A stretch of 64,000 nucleotides of DNA from Octopus bimaculoides (lineage: Eukaryota), in NCBI RefSeq assembly GCF_001194135.2, contig NC_068985.1, positions 113,077,446-113,141,445 on the forward strand, in the 5' to 3' direction. A program made the position numbers and the translations under genes. Positions 51,576 to 64,000 of this stretch are shown here, one piece after another. Below the pieces are notes generated by a model, which saw only the letters and a list, made by a program, of their open reading frames with translations, had not been told where the DNA came from and made no database searches. The stretch's first letter is position 1, and each line of letters starts with the position of its first letter.

Positions 51576-52394
51576 GATATAGGAACATCTAAAGCTGTTC
51601 TAACCTTTAAAAAAGAACCAAAAACTCTCTTCTACTTATCCGTTCAATTTACCCTAGAGTCTGACTGCTCATTAATAGTGTTTCAATTATCCCAGCTTGA
51701 CCAAACATTTTTCACTCGTTTAAACAAATTTCAGATTCAATAAAGTGTTTGGTAATAACGGGAAGGTTGGACCTCAAACTATAGGAGGTCATTTTGTTGT
51801 AGTAAAAACTGAAGAGAATTGGCTTTAAAATAGAAAAGAGAAAAGATTGTTCTGTATGTGCAGTTGTCTTATATTGCTTACTGTATATGGTTGGCTTAAA
51901 GATATTTCAGAGAGCTTAAAAATTGGGTCAAGTTAATCTCTAAATATGCATTAAACATGGCGCGGATATATAACAACAATTACAGCATTGATTTTTATGC
52001 TGTCTTTCAGAAATAAATAAGACCAAAAAGAAAATGAATAAATAAATGAAGAAAGAAAGAAGAGCTAAATATATTAAAATCAAAATAAGAAAGAAAGAAG
52101 AGCTAAATATATTAAAATCAAAATGAGAAAGAAAAATGGTGAAAGAAATTATAAATGGAAAATATCTAAAAAATCAATAAAACCTTTAAAAATTGGTATT
52201 TCGACCACCATCCAAAAATATTCGTAAATATTTCTATCATAGCAGGCTACGGAAAAATGAAAAACAAAATGGAAGACTACAAGTGTTTTACAAAAGACAA
52301 AACTAATCAATCAAGATGAAAATAATGGAATCGTTCATGGCTTTTGTTTTTAAATAAACATTTATTATTATTATTGTCATCATCATCATCATCA

Positions 52395-52499
<105 letters not shown>

Positions 52500-52811
52500 T
52501 TTATATGCTGTTTCTTGACAAAACACAAGAGCAAAAAGAAGAAATAATGGAAAAGTGAAAAAGAAAATAAGTATACATATATGTACACTGTCTTTCTTCT
52601 TTCTCTCACTCTCTGTCTCTCTCTCTCTCTCTCTCTCCACTCTTTCTCTCACAATCACACATTCACACGTAATGATTTCACATGTACTCATATACACGCA
52701 TATATTTGTGTTTGTGTGTGTGTGTGTGTGTGTGTGCATGCGCGTGTGTGAGTGTCTTCTTTCTCTGACAGACATACACACATACATATATACATGCATG
52801 CATACATACAT

Positions 52812-52867
<56 letters not shown>

Positions 52868-52899
52868 GTGTATATATATATATGCATATATATATATAC

Positions 52900-53240
52900 T
52901 GTTTTACTTGTTTCAGTCATTTGACAACGGACATGCTGGAGCACCGCCTTTAGTCGACCAAATCGACCCCAGGACTTATTCTTTGTAAGCCTAGTACTTA
53001 TTCTCTTTTGCCGAACCGCTAAGTTACGAGGACGTAAACACAGCAGCATCTATTGTCAAGCGATGGTGGGGAGACAAACACAGACATACAAACATATACA
53101 TACATACATACATACATATACGACGGGCTTCTTTCAGTTTCCGTATACTAAATCCACCCACAAAGCTATAGCGGAAGACGCTTGCCCAAAGTGGTTGGTA
53201 TGCAAGCTACTTACCACACAGCCACTCCTGCGCCTGCGTA
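52900..53240 (-). mobile_element. SINE B, near full length with internal deletion
   Basis: ttttacttgtttcagtcatttgacaacggacatgctggagcaccgcc...cttaccacacagccactcctgcgcc. Confidence 0.88.
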
Positions 53241-53285
<45 letters not shown>

Positions 53286-53335
53286 CTATCCGTCTGTCTG
53301 TCTGCCTGCCTGTCTGTCTGTATGTATGTCTGTCC

Positions 53336-53367
<32 letters not shown>

Positions 53368-53409
53368 GTCTGTCTATCTGTGTGTCTGTCTGTCTATCTA
53401 TCTATCCAC

Positions 53410-53471
<62 letters not shown>

Positions 53472-53517
53472 GTCTATCTATCTATATATAGATCGATGGA
53501 TATAAATATAGATATCT

Positions 53518-53584
<67 letters not shown>

Positions 53585-54490
53585 CATAGATAAATACGTG
53601 CGTGTATGTGTGTGCGTATGCACGTACATATATGTATATGCATACGTACATCAGAGAATCGAGAAAACAACTATACTATAATAATACAAAATAGATGATG
53701 GTTTCTCACTAGCAGTCGATATTTAAAATTTTTGGAATTGTTTAAAATTTAATTTGGAAATATCATTATGTCGCTGTTAAATTGGTTTCGTCTGTTTTCG
53801 ATGAAATAAATATTAGACGAGTTGAAATCTCAAATAAAAGAAAATATAATAAAAATAAATTTTGCAAAAGAAACAAAGACAGCGCTATAGAAACAAAATA
53901 AAATTTGTAGCCTTCAGCCCCTGCTTGTCTTATTTCTATTGAAAATGTTGGTTAATGTATATATTAATAGGAATTAACAATTGAGATCTTGTAAAATGTG
54001 TTATTCTACTCCAAAATTATAATTGTTGTTGGGCCAGTTGCTGTGGTTGTAGTTGTTGCTGTTGCTGTTGTGGTTGCTGTTGTTGTTGTTGTTGTATGTG
54101 TGTATGTCTGTGTACATTTGTGTTTGTGACGGTGTGTGCGTGTGTGTGTGTGTGTATTTATTTCTGTGTTTCTAAGTGCTTGTGTTACACGTACGTGTGT
54201 GTCTATATCTGTATTTCTATGTTCCAAGTGAGTGTGTGTGTGTGCGTGTGTATGTATGTATGTGTGTGTGTGTGTATGTATGTGTGTGTGTGTGCGTGTG
54301 TATGTATGTGTGTGTGTGTGTGTGTGTGTGCGTCTATGTGTATGTGTATGTGACTACATGTATGATACTGTGTGCAACTACGTTTATCACTGTGTACGTA
54401 CGTGTATGTGGAATTGTCTAAGACTATGTGTCCATGTTTGTGTGTCTATTTTTTAAGTGTGTCTTACTGAGTGTCTGTGAGCATATGTGC

Positions 54491-54535
<45 letters not shown>

Positions 54536-54793
54536 CGTATGTATGTGTTTGTGCGTGTGTTTGTGTTCGCGGCGTGCATTTGTCTGTGTCCATGTTTTTT
54601 GTATCTATTTTTTTAAGTGTGTCCTTCTACGTGTGTGTCTATATGTCTGTATGTCTGTCTGTCTGTCTATATGTGTGTGTGTGTTTATGTGTGTGTGTTT
54701 TTCAAAGTGCATCAGCGTGTATGTATGTGTTGGTTACAGGTTTGCGTGCGCGTGGGTGTGTGGACGTGTGTGTATGTGTGTGTGTGTATGTGT

Positions 54794-54888
<95 letters not shown>

Positions 54889-55140
54889 ACCAAGTGAACG
54901 GTGCGTGTGCACCTGTTTATCGCTAAGTTAATCATTTTGTGCAAGCATTTTTGCTTGCATGTAACGGTGTCTATGTGCAGCTATACCTATATTTCCACGA
55001 TTCTAAATATCTGTGTGTGTGTGTGTGTCTCTGTGTGTTTGTGTTTGTGTGTGTTAGTGTGTGTGTGTGAGTGTGAGTGAGTGTGAGTGAATGTGTACTG
55101 TTTATTGGTGATCGAGTGTATATCGATGTATGTATATGTA

Positions 55141-55229
<89 letters not shown>

Positions 55230-56623
55230 NNNNNNNNNNNNNNNNNNNNNNNNNNNNNNNNNNNNNNNNNNNNNNNNNNNNNNNNNNNNNNNNNNNNNNN
55301 NNNNNNNNNNNNNNNNNNNNNNNNNNNGTATGCCTCTGTTTTTAAGTGATATTTGTGTGATTCTAAGAGTGTGTGTGTGTATGTGTGTGTGTGTGTGTGT
55401 GTGTGCGTGTGTATGTGTAAGTGTGTGTGCGTAAGTGTGTGTGTGTGTGTGTGTGCTTGTTTGTGTGTTCGTATATAAATCTCACTGATACTCTTTTAAA
55501 GTAAGCAGAAACAAAACGATTTAAATAAATGAATAAATAAATAAATAAATAAATGAATAAATAAATAAATCCATTGAATCTAAAAGAGATATTTAGATTC
55601 GAGACTAGAATAGAGAACTATAGACGTGATACAACAAACAATGCTTTAATATTTTTCACGAAGCAGTAAATGTGACTGACCAGATCCACTCGAATTTGCA
55701 TTGCCTGTTTAATATAAACAGTTTAGGCAACTGATCTTAATGAGATTACCTATCTTGTTTGTTGGTTCTAAGTATTTATTTTTAACAGAAAAATCCTAGA
55801 GGGAGTTTGTATTCACTAAGTGAATAATCTCAGTTGATCGAATTCTTCCATCTCACCATATTAGATATGTACCGAGATAAGACGATAGGGAGCAGCTGTT
55901 TGGCACTGAAAATTTGGCACAGCTGACTGGATATTCAACCAGTTTTGCTGACAGTATATTTTGGCACAGGAGGCAAACCCACACGCACATTCACACGCAC
56001 GCACATATATACATATATGCATATGCAACCAATCACAGAAATACACAGATGCAGATAGAGCGAGCGAGAGAGAGAGAGAGAGAGATACATTACACATACA
56101 TATACAAACATAGCTAGATCCTCACACACGTGAACATATACATGCACACAGAGTTGAGAACACGTGAAACATTAAAACCGCTGGTACCAAATAAGTCAGC
56201 ACCGAATCAGCGACGCCAAATAGGTGACGTTAAAATGGCCCATACCCCGATATATGAGGCCCCATGTGTGTCCCACTTGTATCTTGTTGTTGATAAGTCG
56301 AAGAATTAATTATTGTTGAGAATTTTGTAGTAGCATTAAAGACAAGAATCTGGCGGACATGCAAAAGAAACCTGTGACGGTTTCATGACCAGCTTGAAAG
56401 AGCAACCAAGTCTCAAACTACATCCTACAGTGTGAAAAGAGTCGGGCACATTCGGTTGTTTCTTTTACTAACACGCATATTTGTTACTCGAACTAACGAG
56501 GGAGTGAGAATTAACAGCTAAATTTCGTCCAAATTTCACTCCTACCAGCTTAAAAATAAGTACACGTATTATAAAAATATAATCCTGCATATCTTTCTCA
56601 CTAATAATAGAGAACTAGAACTC

Positions 56624-56992
56624 GCACTCCGTCGCTTACGACGTCGAGGGTTCCAGTTGATCCGATCAACGGAACAGCCTGCTCGTGAAATTAACGTGCT
56701 AGTGGCTGAGCGCTCCAAAGACACGTGTACCCTTAACGTAGTTCTCGAGGATATTCAGCGTGACACAGTGTGACAAGGTTGACCCTTTGAATTACAGGCA
56801 CAACAGGAAGTAAGAGTGAGAGAAAGTTGTGGTGGAAGAGTACAGCAGGGTTCGCCACCATCCACTAACGGAGCCTCGTGGAGCTTTAGGTGTTTTCGCT
56901 CAATAAACACTCACAACACCCGGCCTGGGAATCGAAACCGCGATCCTATTACCGGGAGTCCGCTTCCATAACCACTGGGCCATTGCGCCTCC
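56624..56992 (-). mobile_element. SINE C, full length
   Basis: Reverse complement of 8449-8827 with scattered substitutions. Confidence 0.88.
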
Positions 56993-57328
56993 ACTCACTA
57001 ATAATAATAAAAATAAATAGAAAGTACATGATGGTTATGGGGGAAGAGCTATCAAAATGTTATCTGCTGCTTCATCTCACGACACTCCCTATTCCAGCTC
57101 TTCTATATCTTACTTCTTATCTTATTCTTGCCGATACGTGCCACAATTAAGTACTATTTCTGGTAGAAGGCCACATTTATACACAATAGTTGCTACCAAT
57201 AAATTCTGTAAGACAATCAGAAAGAAGATGACTGACAAATATAAAGCTTCGGGAATGTGAATGACCTACCTGTTAAACAATCCCTGTAAATTACCCTCAA
57301 AACACATTTCTTTAAAATATAACACATA

Positions 57329-57390
<62 letters not shown>

Positions 57391-57750
57391 AAACATCTTT
57401 ATGAGAAGCGTCAAACCATCACTTTTCTACTTTGTTCCCAAGTCTGCTTTGACCCGGATTTTGTTATCCGACAGGTGTTCCAGTAGATTATATTTGGTCT
57501 TTATATCATAGAATTAATTTATCATTTATTATTATTATTTTTTTTAGACATTTCTGGGTATTGGCTCGTTTTCAAGATGGTTGAGGGTTGAAGACTGAGG
57601 AAAATTTGGCTGCTACTTCTAGCACTTGTTTTAATTTTTTTGTCTACCTCCAGATCAGCCGTGATTGATTAGAATCTAATCCAGCCGACAAGAACAAACA
57701 GTGGCCCGAGGGACTTTCTGAACAGCAAGTCTAACAAAAAATTTTCTCGA

Positions 57751-57783
<33 letters not shown>

Positions 57784-58351
57784 TTTTGTTATGAGGCTCG
57801 CCTGATGATGAACCGTATTTCATGATGCTCGCTTCTAAAAACAGTTTTTCCATGACCGGATCAAATTTATAATCAAAAGAATTCTATGCACGACCATTCT
57901 GCCATTTTACAACCATAGAGTCTCTTCGACAAGAACAGCAATTCCTAACCCGGAACCGCTGTTCCTCTGTATCCTATAACTACTATTCGGAGAAAAATGA
58001 GTTTGTTGTTCGCTGATAAAATCAATTTTATCGTTAGAAAAATTTCTCAAAACCTAGGATACGCGGCAAAATTCATTTTAAAATAGCGGGACCGTGGTGT
58101 GATAAGATAAAGAACTCTGGACAAGATTATCCATGTATTCTCTATTTTGTGAAAAGGGCGTGGCTGTTATTAAAAGAACAAATAGATGCTAATTCTAACA
58201 AAAAGCTTGACTGTGTTGGCGACGTTCCTTTCTTTGGTTTTGTGCAGCAACTCGAGATCATACATGCATGCACACATACACACACAAAGACACACATACA
58301 CATACAGAAATACATAAATATATACATACATAAATACGTACGTACATACAT

Positions 58352-58401
<50 letters not shown>

Positions 58402-58427
58402 GTACATACATGCATGCATACATACTA

Positions 58428-58879
58428 CGCTGAGCTATTGAGAAATTTGAAGTTTACAATATCCAGATTACAAGTTCAAGTTTATAAAATTACTGGTGCA
58501 ATGGGATATGTAACACAGTGCCTAAATACCAATCTTGAGAAATTAGGCTTCTCAAAACTAGAAAGGAAAAAGTTGATTCGAAGACTATAGATACAATCCA
58601 TCACTGGGACAGTAAACATCTGCAAAACTTTTCAGAAGTTTATCATTTAAATATATATATCAGCATGTCTAGATGTGTAAGTATATACATGAGAAGACAT
58701 ACATAAAACAAAACAGACAAATCTGCACGTATACATTCTTATATACATACATGCATACATACATACATACAAAATTACCCTGTTGATGTTGAATTCCAGT
58801 GAAGGAGCCTAGGATTTGGGATTAGAAAACGGCTCTTTCTCTATTGGCAAGAAATGTTGAAATAAAACTGAAAAATGAC
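58428..58879 (+). mobile_element. R4/Dong-like (RLE) non-LTR retrotransposon 3' end, copy 1
   Basis: ELLRNL / QYPDYKFKFI / ITGAMGYVTQCLNTNLEKLGFSKLERKKLIRRL*IQSITGTVNICKTFQKFII*, the post-endonuclease C-terminus of RLE elements; 3' UTR ends in a (TACA)n array. Confidence 0.7.
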
Positions 58880-58944
58880 ATGCATACATACACACACATA
58901 CACACATACATACATATACACACATACATACATAAATACATACA

Positions 58945-58978
<34 letters not shown>

Positions 58979-59266
58979 CATTGCGTAGACACTCAAACGT
59001 CAATGGAACGATTACTACACAACATAATAGTGTTTATTCGTGAAACACGTGTAAAGCTTATGTAGTTTAAGATGTAATAATAAATTATAGTAAAAGGATT
59101 GACCATCTTCCCTATCTTATTCTGCTCTCGTACACATACACNNNNNNNNNNNNNNNNNNNNNNNNNNNNNNNNNNNNNNNNNNNNNNNNNNNNNNNNNNN
59201 NNNNNNNNNNNNNNNNNNNNNNNNNNNNNNNNNNNNNNNNNNNNNNNNNNNNNNNNNNNNNNNNNN

Positions 59267-59578
59267 GGCTGATTAGAAGACTACAGATTCAAGCCATCAA
59301 TGGAACTGTAAAGATATGTAAAACTTTCCAAAAATTTAGCACATAAATACATATGCATACATCTAGACATGAAAATATATACATAAAAACGTATCCATAA
59401 AACAAACATACAAATCTGCGCATACGCTAACACCAAATCTGCACACACACACACACACATATGCACAAATACCTAGATGATGTTGATAAAAGTTCCAATG
59501 AAGGAGCCTTGAATCTATGTTAGAATCCGGCTCTTTCTCGATGGACAAAAAATACAGAAATGAAACTGATTGATAACA
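59267..59578 (+). mobile_element. R4/Dong-like LINE 3' end, copy 2 (diverged)
   Basis: LIRRLQIQAINGTVKICKTFQKFST* and a homologous 3' UTR (gaaggagccttgaatctatgttagaatccggctctttctc) followed by (TACA)n. Confidence 0.7.
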
Positions 59579-60668
59579 TACATACATACATACATAAGGA
59601 CATGCGTCCGTACGTACGTTTGTGTGAGTGTTGTGTGTGTGTGTGTGTGTGTGTGTGTGAGTGTGTGTGTGTGTTGTGTTACTAACAAACGCATGAAAAG
59701 TGTGACGGACCCTTATCTTAACATCATCATCAGACTAACTTTACAAGCAGAAGATATATTTTGCTATACGTTTTTATGTCACTGCAATAATATTTTTGAA
59801 AGCGTATCTCTTAAAGCATCACAATGAAAAATTTCAATCAAAAGATAGTCTTAATTTGGAGAGAGATACAAGTTATATAAATAATATTATAAATACATGC
59901 GACAGTTGCTATGACTAATGTTAGTGGAGTGTTTCCATCAAAAAAATATCACTGTTGAAATACACAAGCCGTCATTTTAAATCTATCTATATATCTATAT
60001 ATTAGATAATTTCCCTTTTTTTTTCTTTTTGCAAACCACTTCTTTCATGTTTTACATTTAAAAAAAAAATGTATTTTTATAGCTAAATTCTTTTTCTAAT
60101 ATCAAGAGAAAGTCTTCCAATTTATAGTTGAGTTAAGTCACTTTAAATGTTAGGCCTCGACGTGAAAGAATATTAAGAACACCTTTGAAAAAGATGAATG
60201 CAACTTGTACTATGTTATTGAACAAATATCTTCAATAAACTTTTCAAAATATTTCCTTTTGAAATATGCGGTAGATTTTTGTCTGTCAGTTTTTCTTACG
60301 CCCCATTATCTTTTGCGTCTTCCTATGTAGTCTATATTATTCACCCACCCCGTCACGATTTCTTTATTATCTGTCCTACACTTTCTCTTCTTTTCGGCCC
60401 CCTTCAGAGGATGTGCAAAGAAATAGCATGAAACTTATACTTTTACTGGTTTCGGCTTTCTCTCTGTATACCTCTCCTTTTTTTTTTCTTTCTATTAAAT
60501 TTTTGTTTCCGATCTCGAATTTTTTGTTGTTGTTGTTATTACATACACACGAGATTTTGAAGAAGTTATATAACTAAGAAAATACATTTGCATATATTTT
60601 AATGCATGAATGTGTTTCAAACACACACACACATACGCACACATACATATACACATACAGGATATGTA

Positions 60669-60713
<45 letters not shown>

Positions 60714-60844
60714 CACCTATGTATGTCTGTGTATAATATGGNNNNNNNNNNNNNNNNNNNNNNNNNNNNNNNNNNNNNNNNNNNNNNNNNNNNNNNNNNN
60801 NNNNNNNNNNNNNNNNNNNNNNNNNNNNNNNNNNNNNNNNNNNN

Positions 60845-60886
<42 letters not shown>

Positions 60887-60965
60887 ATATATATGTTTAT
60901 ATATATATATAAACATTTGCGTGTGTGTGTGTTTGTGTGTGTACATATATGTATGTAGATATATA

Positions 60966-61790
60966 TACGAGATCAGTTTAAAACGTATCTGACTTTATTC
61001 TTTCCTGCCAAACTTAATGCCGCGCGGACGAAATCATTTGGATGGAAGGTGATGCATCTTTCCTGCGCAAGCTGGAAAATTTTCGCGCCAGTAGGCCGCG
61101 CCAGTAGGCCGCGCCAGTTTGCGACTGTTACGCCCAGGTTATATATGTGTAATGCGCGCTCGTCGGATTTTCGTTTTCACGCAAGATGACTGAATGCCTC
61201 AAACAGAGATCAAAAATCCATGTCTCATCACCAGCGGTAATGGTCTCCATGAAATCTGAGTCATGGTTTGCACAGTTCGGCATGTCCTGAGCGTTTTCCA
61301 TGCTAAGTTGTTTCTGCTGCTCCGCCAGGACTTTGAGGACTAATTTGGCCGACGCTCAGCACGCATAAATCTTCCGTTAAAATGGAATGCACTGATCCTG
61401 TACTTACTCCCATTTCGTGACCAATCGCCTGGATTGTTACACATCGGTCTTCCATTACTATTCGCCGAACCTTCTCAATCGTCTCTTCGTTTCAGCTTGT
61501 GGATGGATGGCCTGCCTGAACATGCCTCACTCTCCAATGAGATTTTGCCATGTTCGAAGCGGTTGTACCACTCCTTGATCTGAATGTTGTCCATTGCTAA
61601 AAGCCTGCTGAGTCTTCTGGAAGGTTTGAGATTTGGTGTAACCAAGCTTTTGGCAAACCTTAATGCAATATTTCTGCTTGGTGCGTCCGGTGAAAACGAC
61701 GCGTACGACATGCGTCCGGTGAAAACGAGCGCGTACGACATGCCTATACTCTAGGCATAACAGCCGGGAACTGACGTGGATTTTATCCAC
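60966..61790 (-). mobile_element. Internally deleted mariner (N-terminal half of transposase plus one TIR)
   Basis: KYCIKVCQKLG...QIKEWYNRF...EACSGRPS...DFMETITAGDETW; terminus TAcgagatcagtttaaaacgtatctgac. Confidence 0.85.
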
Positions 61791-61844
61791 TCAGCAGGTG
61801 GTAATGGCTTTGCTCATATACGGGCAAAGCCATGCTAGAAAGAA

Positions 61845-62085
61845 TCATTGAAATGAGTGGTCGATAAAGCATTGTAAGGCCCTTACATGATTCTTGAACC
61901 CTACCGAAGATTTGCACATTTTATTGCATAATGTACAGTTGTGCTGGCTGACAGACGAAACCGGTGCCACAGTATGAAGTATTTTGACAAGTCTTTTTAA
62001 TCCTCCAACTGAACGGTGCACCTTTGTACAGGTTTCACATACTCTGTTGTGAACAATGGCTGTGTCATAATTTACAACGGTTCGA
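61845..62085 (-). mobile_element. LINE (RTE-like) 3' end with two degenerate C2H2-like motifs
   Basis: CETCTKVHRSVGGLKRL and CTLCNKMCKSSVGFKNHVRA. Confidence 0.5.
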
Positions 62086-62778
62086 TTCCTGTGGCTTCTT
62101 TGATTGCGATAGTAGAAGATACTTGCCCATGGTGCCACGCAGTGCGACTGAAACCGGAACCGTGTGGTTGGTGAGCGGGCTTCTTACCACACAGTCACTC
62201 CTCCGATTGCACACATGCATGTGTGTGTGTGTGTGTCTGTGTGTGGGTGTGTCTGTGTGTGTGTGTGTGTGCGTGTGTGTGTGCGTGTGTGTGTGTGTGT
62301 ATTATGTGTTAATGCTTCAACAAGTAGAAAAGCACTCGATCAGCTAAGAAAGTAAAGATAATCTTATAACAAAAAAACTACTAATCTTGTAAATACTGCT
62401 ACTGAGAGTTCCCTGGTCGAAATAATAATTTATTTTGCCATTTATCATGTTGAAAACAAGACCGTTTGTCAGCTGTCGTTTGAGCTGGTAGCGTTTAAAC
62501 ATGAGACACTGGTAAAGAAGAGAAGAAGAAAAACACAAGAGAGTTAACCAACATTACAATAATTCGATGTCAAGCAGACGTTAACACGGTGTTAATGGTT
62601 TACTAAGTGTCTGCTGGCCTACTTTTCAATTCCGACAAGATGTATTTCTTGAAATGCGGACATGCAGAAAAAAAAAAACTCAAACTGCGAATTTTCGTTT
62701 TCGTTGGAGGCCTTCAAGTTTTTTAAGAGATACAGAACACACTGAACATTTTTTGGGGCCTGTTACGTATTGATGCCA

Positions 62779-63095
62779 TGTAGAGACAAATCTAAATGTC
62801 CTGCAGGACGTGAGTGCGATATATCTTCCGTTGTTTATGAAGCACAATTTTCATCAAACTACGACAATGGTCATACAGATATCAAACGTTATATCGGAGC
62901 CGTAGATGGAAAATTTCAATGGAGATAAAACAACCATTTTTCGAATTGTAAGTAGGGTGATAGAGACATTCGACAACCCTTTCTGCTTTAATCTGTAAAC
63001 TTAGAGATCAAGGCACCAGTTTGGATATCAAATGAATAATCGTCTCCAAATCCAGATCCTATATTAACAGGTCCAAAAAGTGAAATCTTGAACAA
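62779..63095 (+). mobile_element. Penelope-like element GIY-YIG endonuclease remnant
   Basis: CRDKSKCPAGRECDISSVVYEA...KRYIGAVDGKFQWR*NNH / STTLSALICKLRDQG...IK*IIVSKSRSY: Cys motif plus VVY...YIG. Confidence 0.78.
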
Positions 63096-63574
63096 GAAAA
63101 TGTGTGTGTGTGTGTGTGTGTGTACGCGTGCGCATGTGTGTATGTGCGCGAGCCTGTATGTGCGTGCGCGAAGTCAAAGAAATTCTCGGAAAACCACAGC
63201 CTAGTACAAAAGGCTATACTGTTTTTATATACATTTCAAGCTCTACCTTAGTGCCATTTTTTTTTACAGGTATGTTTATTTCTCCACCATTCCTCTATTA
63301 ATTAACATAGAAACAACAAGGAAGACCCTTATCCCCAATCCGAAAGGTTGTTTCATAATACTTAACCATGCGGTGCTCCAGAAATATCGCTATTGAAATC
63401 AAAAGCAATATAGTTATTTTTGGTAAGATCTACTGAAGATATGCAATGTTTCCCAAGTTTAGTAGCACACAGATTTTACGTTTAATTCCTTCTCGATACA
63501 AATATTTTACTTGTTTCTACTCAACCGACATCAATATTTTAATATCATCAATTATATTTTTTCTTGTCAGGCGA

Positions 63575-63700
63575 AAAGCTGGTAGAAACTTTTGTACGCC
63601 GGCAAATTGCTTAGCGGCCTTTCTTTCGGTTTTATGTTTCGAGTTCAAATCCTTCCGAGATCGTCTTTGCCTTTCATCCTTTCAGGGTCGATAATATGAA
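63575..63700 (+). mobile_element. SINE A, degenerate
   Basis: gctggtagaaacttttgtacgccggcaaattgcttagcgg...gagttcaaatcc...ttgcctttcatcctttcagggtcgat. Confidence 0.75.
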
Positions 63701-63789
63701 AACCACATAGATAGGTATGTATGTATGTATGTATGTACGTACATACGTATGTATGTGTGTGTGTGTATGTGATGTGTGTATGCATATAT

Positions 63790-63955
63790 AGGCGCTGACG
63801 TGGCTGTGTGGTATGAAGCTTGCTCCCCAACTACATGGTTTCGGATTCAATCCCACTGCGTGGCATCTTGGACAAGTGTCTTCTACTATAGCCTCGGGCC
63901 GAACAAAGCCTTGTGAGTGGATTTGGTAGACGGAAACTGAAAGAAGCCAGTCGTA
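63790..63955 (+). mobile_element. SINE B 5' half
   Basis: ggcgctgacgtggctgtgtggtatgaagc...ggcatcttggacaagtgtcttctactatagcctcgggccg...gaaagaagccagtcgta. Confidence 0.85.
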
Positions 63956-63958
63956 TGT

Positions 63959-64000
<42 letters not shown>

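Noticed and set aside
52045-52128. 38-bp tandem duplication; also a 30-bp duplication at 61683-61742 and a 13-bp triplication at 61085-61118
   Set aside because: Ordinary local slippage duplications with no sign of function.
55890-55930. CAGCTG-TTGGCA-TTGGCA-CAGCTG motif cluster suggesting an enhancer
   Set aside because: Short motifs are expected by chance in 64 kb; no conservation or chromatin data are available.
61845-62085. Possible C2H2 zinc-finger gene
   Set aside because: Motifs are degenerate, lack TGEKP linkers and terminal histidines, and resemble LINE ORF2 termini.

Overview
Eukaryotic, AT-rich, repeat-saturated DNA with 21 N-gaps (about 8 kb) that nearly all abut microsatellites, as in a short-read assembly. 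The SINE families, microsatellite density and LINE fragments suggest an octopus or other coleoid cephalopod genome (inference). No intact protein-coding gene, RNA gene or CRISPR array can be supported, and almost all ORFs in the track are microsatellite or N-run artefacts. What is present: dozens of copies of three tRNA-headed SINE families (called A, B and C here) plus a V-domain-like SINE; five decayed mariner elements; an internally deleted CsRn1-type Gypsy element (LTR, PBS, gag N-terminus fused to integrase); RTE-clade LINE remnants, one with an inverted 5' part; two tandem R4/Dong-like LINE 3' ends in (TACA)n arrays; two Penelope GIY-YIG fragments; and a Helitron helicase C-terminus. The most notable unexplained structures are a near-perfect 131-bp-arm inverted repeat (47871-48175), a degenerate 30-bp repeat with an open 10-aa-periodic frame (41548-42580), the apparently microsatellite-targeted R4-like LINE pair, and a few weak isolated exon candidates. 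I found no convincing new multi-gene system. Family assignments come from my recall of motifs, not from database searches; many boundaries are approximate.
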